This document shows positions 28,195 to 39,600 of a stretch of DNA of 64,000 nucleotides, piece by piece (within the stretch, counting starts at the first letter, position 1; each line of letters starts with the position of its first letter). The notes under the pieces are model-generated. The model ran no database searches. It worked only from the letters and a program-made list of their open reading frames with translations, and was not told the origin of the DNA. The DNA is taken from positions 62,001-126,000 of the forward strand of contig KZ538077.1 in NCBI GenBank assembly GCA_000934665.2. The letters run 5' to 3'. Position numbers and translations under genes: made by a program. This stretch comes from Catajapyx aquilonaris (Eukaryota).

Positions 28195-29705
28195 GGGGGG
28201 GGGTGGACTCAACTGGAGAGTTTTGGCACAAATTTTGCCTAGAGTGGCCCGCTATTGCTCGCTAGGCGTTAGTTTCGGGAGGTCAAACCCGGGTCTGAAC
28301 AGTTTCGCTTAAAGTGCGGCTTTATACTATGTTAATGACTTTCAGTCGACGTTTGGAAACGGTGCAGTCAGCAACTCGTGCTGAGGGAAAACTCACAAGG
28401 TAGCCTACATAAGTTTCCAGCTTACGGCTCTAGTATCAGTAAGTACACTGTTTCAGTATGTGAAGGAGGAAGCAGATCATGTGTACACTCCAGGTAAGAG
28501 TAAACATGCTCACTTCAACTTCAAAATTATCTTACCATTTTGCTCACAGTGCATCACCAATATGATGTAACACAAAGTTCGACAACATCATAAGCACCGG
28601 CTGGCGGTTTGTAATTTCTTTGCCTTCAAACGGCACCCAATCACGAAACATTATCGAATGATTCTCACAATATTTTAGCCGAGACTTTTTCCATCTTCCA
28701 GACCCAGTTTCTGACACGGAAAACTGACAGAAGCAATCACATGAGACGGAAAAACTTCGACGGCCTGCTGGCGATAAGAAATGACGACAATTTAAACTTT
28801 TTCTAGCAAACTATGAATATTCTAGCCCATAAAACGATATCCCCAAAATTTTACGCCAGATATTTCAGATGCTTTATCTACAAAAAGGAGGTGAAGGATT
28901 ATTCTACTGTAGAACTCCACTTAGTAGTAGTGTGACCGATTAGATTTTTGGGCAGGTCTATGTAGGTCATAGTCACGTACTTCAGCAACAAGCAATCTCC
29001 TGCAACACTGCTTTGAATCACTATGGGGAGAGCATTTTCGTCCACGATTTTTGGCAGGAAGTTGCCTCCAATTCAGGTTTTTCTGGTATAGCACTATTTG
29101 AACACGACCAATTTGCAGGTCTTTGTGAAACAAAGGAGGCGTAGTTACGATAGTGAAATAATTCTACCCTTTTGTTAAATGCTGAAAATGTTAAATATTT
29201 CGCAGGGGAGTGTACGCTTCCGGAAGGTCAAACGGCGGGGGGACACGGTTGGACTCCAGATATTAATTCTATAGGGCCTATTCACTCTTTTAAGCAGGAG
29301 GCATTTTTTTGTCCATTTATTCTGGTGCCCCGAGGAAAACATTAAATGGGCACAAAACTCGGCCCAGCATCGAACGGAGTCCTTTCACTGGAAAATGTTG
29401 AGCCAGGGCACATTGTGATGTGAAATTAGCATCAGAAGCCCGGCCTTTGTGAGGCTGAAAAAGGAATAATTTGCCTGCTGCATCAGCTAGCAGCAAGAAA
29501 ACGAGGGGATCGCTGTCAAAAGTGTACGTGGTAGTCAGGTGGAAATTGCGTTAGCACGAATGTGTACGCTGCCTTTCGGAGCTCTTGTCTAACCTAAGTT
29601 CTGAGTCGAACTCCTTCCCACCAACTTGTATCATAGCCACTTGGGGAACCGGACGAAGGAGGAAAAGTTGAGGCTCTGAGAGGTACTCTCTTTGGCCTCC
29701 TTCAG

Positions 29706-29780
29706 GTCAAGATGGAGAGTGCAAACGAGCCAAGGGTATCTGACACCCAAAAGGGGGACCGACCACACCGGAGAAACCAG
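29706..29780 (+). other. Candidate antisense exon (75 nt; phase-0 frame VKMESANEPRVSDTQKGDRPHRRNQ is open)
   Basis: Acceptor tactctctttggcctccttcag| and consensus donor CAG|gtgagt. Confidence 0.35.
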
Positions 29781-32700
29781 GTGAGTCCTACCCTACTCCA
29801 ATGTGCTCCACATTTTTCCTTTGAACACTCCAGTTGCGGCTTTTTTTTTTTTAACCACTGCACTAAGAGTAGAGCGCACCTATACGCAAACCTGCAGGCA
29901 TGTTGTGTTGCACCTGAACCTGCATGTCAGTAGCACCTGCGAGCGCGCTGAAATGTTTCATCCTAACTACCTCTGCAACTTATTCGCCTCTCTTGTTCAC
30001 CGCAATACATACATCGAAGGGGCTGAACAAGTCCGGGGGAAAAACTCTCTCTCGGCATCGGCAGTGAGCTTTGACTTTCCCCACCTGCCCGTACCGAAAC
30101 ACCTGTTTTTTTTAAAGGGCTGCGTACGTAAGCAGGGTACTGTACGTATATGGGCTCTTTTCACCGTCAAAAACCCTGCCAGATGATCAGTGCCGAGCAC
30201 AAAAAAAAAGGGCACTGGATCACAATGTGGGGCCCTGGCATGAAAGCACAGGGCACCAGCGTTGAAAAGTGTGCCACACAATACCACCGTAGCTGTGGAT
30301 TAACCGGAATTGAAAAGAATGGGCTGCAGTAAACTGTACTTGGGATCTGCTTCCATCAAGCAGGGCGGGCAGAAGGGGCGGGGATGGGCCAGAGTTGTGG
30401 GGGAGCTGGGGCCTACAGGCATCGGACAAGTAAGTCGCATGCTTTTGCCTCTGGCCTCTAAAATCCGCTGCTTTTCTGCTCGGATTATACCCTCCCCAGT
30501 TTGGCGTAGAATTCCCTTCCGTGATGCGGTTGGGATTCCCCAACAGTATCTACTGTAGGACAGCAGAATCCCCGCCCCCTCCCTCCCCCTTCAATAAGCC
30601 CACGTGAGTTGCGGCTGGAACACGTACAGCAGATATTCCAGGCTACCTCACTTTGTTTGTTTCAATATGAAGCGTAGTTGAGGCGCTGGATGGAATGCTG
30701 TTAATATCGAGGAGCCCTCCCCTACAACCGCCAATTATACCTTCTAAGCTCGATGCACTTGGGCTAGGAAAAGAGCGCATGGCTTCCATTCCCACGAAAT
30801 GATCTCGTATACCAGTGATCACAATCCCTCTCCCCCTTTCCCATCTAGTCCTCATGTGGACACACATTCGCCATTTGGTTGATGATACACACGGGATCAA
30901 AATCCCCTTATTACCAGAAAGGACTTTTATCACCGCACCCTATTTCCCTGAAACTGTGATTCTGCACTGAGCAACTAAGTCGGGATTATGCGGAGAATTG
31001 CGCAATCTCTTCTCCCCTCTCCCTACTCCAGCTAGTAATCGGATGATTACGTTCAAACTATACTACGGATAAAAATATAAACAGAGACGGTCATGTCACT
31101 TGTAACTATCTTGCACTATAGTCGCACCAATGACAATACTAAATATGACTTTTTCGACTGGCATCTGCCAAAAAGAAACATCTTGAACCAATCACCCTTG
31201 CGTTACCACCACCCTATTTATTTTCAGGCCACATGCGTTAGACCGATCATCAAGTCTTACAACGCCTCTTGGCTACGGCCTTTCATTCATCCGAACACCG
31301 CCCTAACAACAATCAAACGGCAGCACGAGACCTCATGAATAAATCACCGATCCCTGGCAGGAAACTCCGGGAATAAAATATGCGGCGAGAAAGAGTGTTT
31401 GGACCGGCCACGCCATCCTGGTCTCACATCTATCCCTTGCCAATTTTGGGGGAAGCGCAGCCCGCCACAGACCGCTCCAACCCGACATTCTATCTCTGCC
31501 TACCCATCCTTTAACCCATCATTCACATACGTATCACTACCTACTCACACTCTGAAAATCCAAAGCCCGCAAGTTGGTTGTACTTGAAAAAAAAAACGGC
31601 GCAGTTAACTATTATAATAATTTAAAAACATAGTCGCGATGATGAGGGTTGTTTTTCCCCATTTTCCAACAGATGGGTGAGGAAATCTATCACGTTATCA
31701 GCCGGTGAGCTTCCAATATAGTATGGGGGTACAAATGACCAACACAGGGTTTCATCCCTTTCCTGGAATAGGCTCAGTAGGCCTAATTCAGCTGCATCCT
31801 GCGGCCGATTGATGCCAGCCCTGATTAATACCGCGGATTACCGTAAATCATGGAGTCGAGTGCAGCATGCTGATGCGTTGAGTTTATGAATTCAAGCCCG
31901 CTGCAAAAAGCCAAAATGCGATCACTTGGCAATCATCAGGAGGGTGGAACACAAACCGTATTTTCTGGTCACACGAGCCTAACTGGCTTTGCACCACCAA
32001 AATGCACTTTTCTTGACGTGTATAGAAGGCGGTCTATTAGCTGCACTTGACTTCCCTCCCTGGTCTTGGGCCTTATTGCAAAAGGGGTATGTGACTCGGC
32101 CATCAAAGTTCCGTTGGAAGCGGGGGGCTATCAATAGCGTGTGCTTTCACGTAATTGAAAAGCTCCGGGGAGAGGGGGGCAACTTGTGCGCGCGCGTGGG
32201 GTGTGCGTGTGCGTTTATTTTTGCGTACATCAATCCCACCCTGCTATGCACCAACGCCTTGCCAACATGGGGAGTGAAGAGTCAAACGTTACGTGGGCAT
32301 GGATTTCAAATGGAAATTCAAACTCCGCTTAAAATATTACTCGTTTTAACTTTTCCATTAGGAATTTTCATCCTTTCCGAAGGTGGAACGCGGTCTATCA
32401 ACTTTCATTACTCTAGATGGAAAAAAAGTAGGTTCTATATACACCGCGCATCATCTCTTGTTTTTCCAATATTCCCAGGGGTTATTACTGTAGGACGTGT
32501 TTCCTGTATCCATAACAGTGTTTAAAAGCAACTAGGCAACTGCACATTTTCAAACCATATTGCCAATAAACTAGCACTAACCATTTTGAACCTGCTGACA
32601 AAATTCCTACGCACATTCTTCGCAAGGTATGGCTATTTTCTGGCAATTAATGCAACTGACACAGCCGGTGCACACTATCTATACTGTACAGGAGTGTCCT

Positions 32701-33731
32701 GCTACCGGTATCTCCAGGCATCCCAGGAACTCCGGACCATTCAGTGATCAGTAGTCCCCATCTTTTTGCTCGAAATGGAACATTGTGGGGATTACTAAAA
32801 ATACATAAGCATCCAAAGAGTGTGGCGGTTAATAATTTTCGATAATTGAAAGCGTTGACCGAAAATTGTTCGCGTGCACATGCCTTCTGACCGGATTCCC
32901 TCATTTATCCGAACCCCATCAACATGATTCCGTGCATTTTAATTACCCACACCAAGTTTGGACTCGCCACTTCGCACCAGCGCACATTCATTTGGCTCTA
33001 CCAATAAATAAACAAGCAAACAATAAATAAAGAAATAAATGCGTTAAGAACACGTATAGATGACCTGGTATACACGACCTTTAACTCCAGAAGGGGGTAA
33101 TAAATGGGGCAAACTTGGGCAGTAACCAAGCTTGAGGGAGACCCTCCTCTGGCTTTCCCATCAAAGAAAATAATCGGCAAGGTAGCAGTAATTCCCATTA
33201 CGATGGGGCGAGATGGTAACTTACGACCGCCTTTACAACCCCCGATTCCTGGGATAAATAAATTATTCCGCGATCATTCGCCCCCTTTGCTACCAAGAAA
33301 TATGCTGTAAAATTACTGACGAGTCTTAAGGCGCAATTTGACTCTAGTTATTAGCCAGAAAGGGAGAAGATTCTCTCCATCCTCCTTTAAATATGACAGT
33401 TAATGGATATTAAATAGCTTTTTTACACTCAAAGTTAATAAGCCACTCGGAAGGACCGTGATAATTCCATACCTGCTGGAAATGACCATTAGCAGCATTT
33501 GGTGGCAACTTTTTTCTTCGCCTTTTCTATCACACACACTCACTCCATCTCTCCCTGATTTCTCTTCCCTATATTGATTTCTTGCTTTTTCTTTCTTCCT
33601 TCTTTTCCCCGAGAAAGAGAGAGGTTAACCTGACAGCTCACAGTCCGTGTTGAAATAGGATGACCCTGCACATCCCACACTGCCTGCCTTCTCTCCTGCA
33701 GCCTCCAGTCCCTAGGGACACCTACCAACCT

Positions 33732-33773
33732 TCCTCCTCCTCCTCCTCCTCCTCCTCCTCCTCCTCCTCCTCC
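33732..33773. repeat. (TCC)14 microsatellite
   Basis: Perfect trinucleotide run. Confidence 0.98.
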
Positions 33774-35733
33774 CTACCCCTTCGAAAGGCACAGTCACTG
33801 CATTTCCATTTCCTCCGCTGGTGCGAATGCCCATTCTCTAATATTTGCTCACCTATCCGGAGGCTGGGAATAGGGAAAATGGAGTCAGACAGCCACAACC
33901 ACCCCTGCGATTTTTCACTGCATTTTGCCCAATCTCGGCTTATATGGCGTAAACAAGTCTGTTATGTTCGTATGGCATTGCTTGGCCCAGATATTGATTA
34001 CTGTCAGGCCCAGGTTGCAGATAAATAAAACCTGGATAAAAATCTGGATTGCTTTCCAAGGCACAATTTACATCCAAATATGTGTGCTCTTGAACTACTG
34101 TAGTATACCTGAAGCATAAAATTACGAATTTAATACCAATATTTTCAAGTAGTTTGAATTTCTTGCTGTGGGAAACCGCTGGGCTGAAGATGGGCCCGTT
34201 TTTGGACCGAATAAAGAGGGCAGTTTCTTGTCTCCGACCAAAGGGGAGGGGCTTTCCCTTTTGTGCAACTGAGTTTAGTATCCATTCCACAATAAGAACA
34301 TTTAGTACCTAATCCTTGTGGGGACCGCAAAGCCCACACAGCACCTGCCACTTTCCGTTTTACGGCCGCTTTTACTTGTGGGGATGGCCAAGCCGCCTCT
34401 AACACAACGGGGAAGCTTTTCCAAGGCTCGCAAAAACGACTGCTGTATTTCTCACATGGGCCTTACTCCAATCACAACTTCTTTTCTTTCGCTTTTCCTT
34501 CATTATATCGATCGACAGGATTTCAAAATACTCTCATCCCTGTATTTGTCTGTCCCCTGTGAAAAATCATCTGCATTACTTCCAACACAGTCGTTATTCA
34601 CATGCTTCCAATTGCGTAAGACGCCACTAAGGTATTTAAGATAAATGCTTAGCAGATAATACACTACATTACCTCCACGATAATAGCACATAGGTCAATT
34701 TTTAGTTGTTAGATGTTTACCAGGCACATGACAGCAAATTCTACAAAATCTGTAGAATTTATTTCCCACTCTAAGGTAAATATATTTTTAAATCAGGATC
34801 TGCCTGGTAGCAAAATACGTCACATAACGAGGCAAATACATGAACAACTCCAAAAGAGGCAGGATCGATCATACGTATTGATTATAACCAAATCACACGA
34901 CATCAGTATTACCTACATACGAATGCAGCATACGGTCTTGTCGACTGTCGGTACAAGTTCACTACTGTTTCTAATGCCTGCCAGCCATGAACCATAACAA
35001 TCAATTTCACTAACGGGCTGAACTAAATAGTGTGTGATAACGTCAGCAAATTGTTAGCTATCAGGCGACCTGGTCACCGAGTTTGCAAAATTTCAACTTC
35101 TGTCATTCTCATTATAGTATAGATAATGCCCATAAAAGTAACATGGCGTCCCACTATATTAACACAAATATTGTGTGCTTACTGACCAAGCGGTGCCCTG
35201 TTCCGACTGACATAATGGCAGTACTAGCTTATATTTGAAGTGACAATAATCGCTGCATGTACATTGTATGTTTTTCTCACCCATATCGCTATGTTGGTAC
35301 ATGGTGATTGCATAATTAGGGTTTGCCAGTAGCAGAAATTATACAGGGTGGTCGTAATCGGCAGGTTGAGTTACTCTGACTCATACAAAAAAAATAATGA
35401 CGCCACAACATTAGTTTACATGAAATACCATAATAAACATATGTACAGTATACATAAAGAACAAAAAAGTGTGTCTCAGGCGGAGAATGTCGGAAGCAGA
35501 AAATAAATATGGCACACTTTATCACTACGTCAACCACAGACGAGGAGAGGGGTCGTTCGTTTCCTTTGACCACATAAGATACTGGAACCCTTTAATACCG
35601 GCCAAGAAATGTAGGTCCATGGTTCAGACACTCTAAATTGCACAACCTGCATATAAGCAGCGCAATCCGAAAGAAATTCAAAACCAGGCCCTCCGCTAAG
35701 AAAATCTAGTTGATTTGTTATGTGAGGGTGGTG

Positions 35734-36120
35734 AAGGGAGGCGAAGTGGAGCTGCGGTAATGTATGCGCCCACGGATGATAAGATCCCGGGTTCGATCCC
35801 AGCCTGGGGACACCCCATTCATCTTGTGCAGAGTTGGACCGTCTCTGGCTTCGTCTCGGGTGGGATTTCCTTAGACTAATCCACCCGGGGGAGTTCACAA
35901 AATGGCATTTAGGAACGGCATTGCATTGCACTTTGCACATCCCCTCCTGTCATCCTGCCCGTGGGCCCCGGCGTTACGTATAAAGGTTCCAAAAGAGACA
36001 TAAATAAAGGTCCGTGCTATATACCTCTGATAAGGTCAAGCACTACCCAGATTATTATTATTATTATTATTATTAATTTATTTATTATACACCCCATTGG
36101 AGGGGGACCCCAGATTATTA

Positions 36121-36172
<52 letters not shown>
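35734..36172 (+). mobile_element. tRNA-derived SINE, copy A, with (ATT)n tail
   Basis: A-box-like GTGGAGCTGCGG and B box GGTTCGATCCC. The body is homologous to 36690-36260, and the 3' end is gcactacccag(ATT)n. Perfect 16-bp TSD TTATGTGAGGGTGGTG at 35718-35733 and 36173-36188. Confidence 0.93.
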
Positions 36173-36176
<4 letters not shown>

Positions 36177-36255
36177 GTGAGGGTGGTGCTTCCTCTACAT
36201 TTCCTTCCACCTGGCCAGACTAATCAGCACAGCCCATACTCATGTCCTCTGTCGG

Positions 36256-36259
<4 letters not shown>

Positions 36260-36332
<73 letters not shown>

Positions 36333-36690
36333 CAACAACAACAACAACAATAATAATAATCCGGGTAGTGCTTTGACCCCTGTTGGGGTATCGCACGGAT
36401 CTTGATTATTAACTTCATGTACATTGTACTTGTACAACCGGAACCTTAACGAAGCGCCAGGGTCCACGGGCGGGGATGAGTGGGAGGGAAGTGCACGGTG
36501 CAGTGCAATGTCTCATATGGCCATTTTGTGAGTTCCCCCGGGTGGTTAGTCTCAAGGAATCCCACCCGAGACGAAGCCAGAGACGACCCAACTCTGCACG
36601 AGATGAAGGGGGGAAAGCCCGGGCTTGGGATTGAACCCAGGACTCTTGCATCCGTGGGCGCGACGTTTCCGCAGCGCCACTCCGCCTCTC
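36260..36690 (-). mobile_element. tRNA-derived SINE, copy B (same family, inverted), with (ATT)n/(GTT)n tail
   Basis: The reverse complement has GTGGCGCTGCGG, GGTTCAATCCC, the shared 28-nt block CGTCTCTGGCTTCGTCTCGGGTGGGATT and the 3' end gcactacccgg(ATT)n. 15-bp TSD TCCTYTGTCGGTATA at 36245-36259 and 36691-36705. Confidence 0.93.
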
Positions 36691-39600
36691 TCCTTTGTCG
36701 GTATAGAACATACCTATCTCAAAAGGACAATGTCGCAGCACTTTAATATCCGCCTACATTTCGCTCGGCTTATCAATACGAAGAATGTAATCCCTTCGCT
36801 AGATTCTGAAACATCCGGCTTATATCCTGCGTCTATTCGTTCCAATATAAAAGACATTCGTCGTTCACTAAGCAGGCACGGTGGAGAAATATAGACTGAA
36901 CCAGAACAGAGTAGTGGTTGGAGTGACTGTAACCATCAAAGACGTCTTCCCAACGCGGCAAACTGGCAGTGTTGTTATTATAGAACTGGCAAAATAAGAG
37001 CTAAAAGACTACAACAACAGCTCCCCCACTCACCAGCACCCCTTCCAGCGTTAGAACGTCCCACCGAAAATAAATCCAGCACTCTCTGCCTTCAGCTTTT
37101 GAATTACCGCAGGGTTTCCCCCTTTCCCTCTCGCCCCTCCAAATTAGCGGTGCCTTGCCAATTTTGTAACGAGTACGTCCCTGCTCTGAGCGGTAGCTGC
37201 AGAATTTCAATACCTATAGTGCTTCGGAAACAACACAATTGCACGTCTGCATGTAAGGAAAATTCGACAATTCCTTCTGGAATTCTGGCAAAAAAAATAC
37301 ATGTCAGCTGCTCCATCCACACTGTTTCATGTCATTTTCGTAACCATATGAACAAACTAATGTCTGACCTAAAAAAAAAAGGGCAATACTTTTTTTCAGG
37401 CCCGCAATGTAACCGGGCTGCAGACAAGTCAGCATTTATAGTCACTCATACTGACTCATTACATGGATGCTGGGGCCCATCATTTTCATTTAACCGCGTG
37501 CCAATAATGGAAAAAGAATGCAAGCAAACTGCGGTCATCTTGTTGGAGGCCCCCACAAAAGTGTGTGGCATGTATGCGGCGCGGTGGGATAATTTATTTC
37601 AAATTATCTGTAAACGTTTTGTTTAGAGCCGCCATAAAAAGTGGGCGGAACGGTCTGCAACCGCAGAAATGAGTGGGGGCCAAAACAACAGTTCATCGGT
37701 GCCTGGGGACTGCAAATGCGCAAAATTACCCGCCGAAACAAAAGGGGCATCCTTCAGTTCGCGCACATACAACCGGCCCCAGTTTCCCCTGAAACCTCCT
37801 TCAAATCCCCACCCCAGCATCCCCCCACTCGCCGGAGCCTTAACGCCACTCCAAAATTTGTGTTCCTGTCGCAAAGTGGATTTACTTCATGAATAAAACA
37901 TCCTGCCAACCCAGTGCTTATCAGCATTTTTGCCACAAACCCAACAGACTGTGGATGCAATTTGTTTTTATTGTATAAAGAACGCTTGTCCACATCACGC
38001 CCCAGGATTCAGCAAGGAGGAGGAGGAGGAGGGGGGTAGTTTCAGGAAGAAAATACCTAGGGAATTGCACCAAGACGCCATTTTTTCTTACCTCCATAAA
38101 CGCAGTCGGATACGGAACCTTAATCGAAGTTTCATCGGGTTTAAATTGGAATCTGAATGAAATGCGGTTGTGCTTCGCTCCTCATCAGACCCGGACAAAT
38201 TAGTTTTGTTCCGTCCGACTATCGAGGGAAAACCCCAAGAATAGACTACGCATCCAAAATACTGCACACACCAAATTCTACATTTCAGTGTCAAGCGCAC
38301 ACATGAGAACATGTACAAAAAATATTCGGGACAACTCGCACCTGCCTCGAAAAAGTTTTTCCCATTCTGCCAGAAAGAATGTGGCGCAGCGTGAATCACA
38401 CCCCTAAAATAGTCGAAAAAAGAAAAACTTTTTGCCTGGGAAGTCTGTGGAAAGGTTTCAGTTTCACTAGATTTTTCAGTGCATTCATCTCGGTGAGGGC
38501 ATCGTGCAGAAAATTCCTACTAGATAAATCTCCATAATGGACACAATGGATTTCATTCACATTTTCCTCCAGGCGTTTTCCTCTTGTCGACTCCCTTCAG
38601 TTGCCACATTTTGCAAGGGCTCCTGAGGAAACAAAGCTCGGTGATGGAGTAGCTAACCATTCCTGTCCCCCTCCATCCCCCATGCCCCCTCGACTTCTGT
38701 GATTAGCCCTTAAATAGCTTAACCGCCAGCAGTCATTTGATTGGCTTCCAAGCAAATTCCCGCATGTGGGCAATTAGTGCACGCATCCAAAATATAATTT
38801 GTCACGCTAGCTGAACAAGCGCAGTGCCCCCTTAGGGTAGGAAATTTCATGCCTCTTGCATCCCCCAAAACACTAAGAAAACCTTCATGTGACTCATGAA
38901 ACAGCGACTAATCATATTCTACAAAAATGGTGTCAGAAATTACGTTCTGGCTACCTTCTAATACTCATTGTTTAAAAAAATTCCCATGCGCGATATTAAT
39001 GGCTAATGAAGTCACGTTTCACATCAATAGCCTTAGTTGGATGATCCCTGTGAGTGAGCATGTCGTGAAAACTTTTTGTGCAGAAGCAAAATGGGGGGAA
39101 AACTGTTCGACTCGTTCTACGCGCGTACGGCAGTGTATATCCCGTGTGTCCATATACACCTTCTGACACTCATGTCGCGTACCGGATTCAAATCACGGGT
39201 TGGAAATTTAACGTCATTATTAAACTAGTTAATTTTGCCACACACAGCACACCGTGATTGGTTATTACCCCACCCGTATTCATTATGTTATAATAATTTT
39301 CATTAACCAGCTATTACACATTAATGAATTCAATGTTTGCAATATTTCATTAAAATGAGCTTAAAATTGATACGGCACGTGTTGCCAATTTGGGCCACCA
39401 TATTTAAGACCAAAATTGCATTTTACGCGTGGGGTTTCGCATAAATTAAAAGACCCCAAGTCTTCCAGGTTAAGTGAGTAATGGATACCCCGGTTGGTAG
39501 ACCCAGGCTGAGAAAATATGTTTAGGCGGAAGGGGGCGGGAGAAAATCAAGTCTACCGCAGCTCCGATCAGCCCCCAAGACATTCAGGGTTCAATCCAAT

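Noticed and set aside
872..28203. Poly-G/poly-C runs as functional G-quadruplexes
   Set aside because: Run lengths are unreliable because they coincide with Ns and gaps, and there is no positional pattern
32938..32961. Resemblance to the nematode SL1 leader
   Set aside because: It needs an internal insertion and lacks the following donor and Sm site
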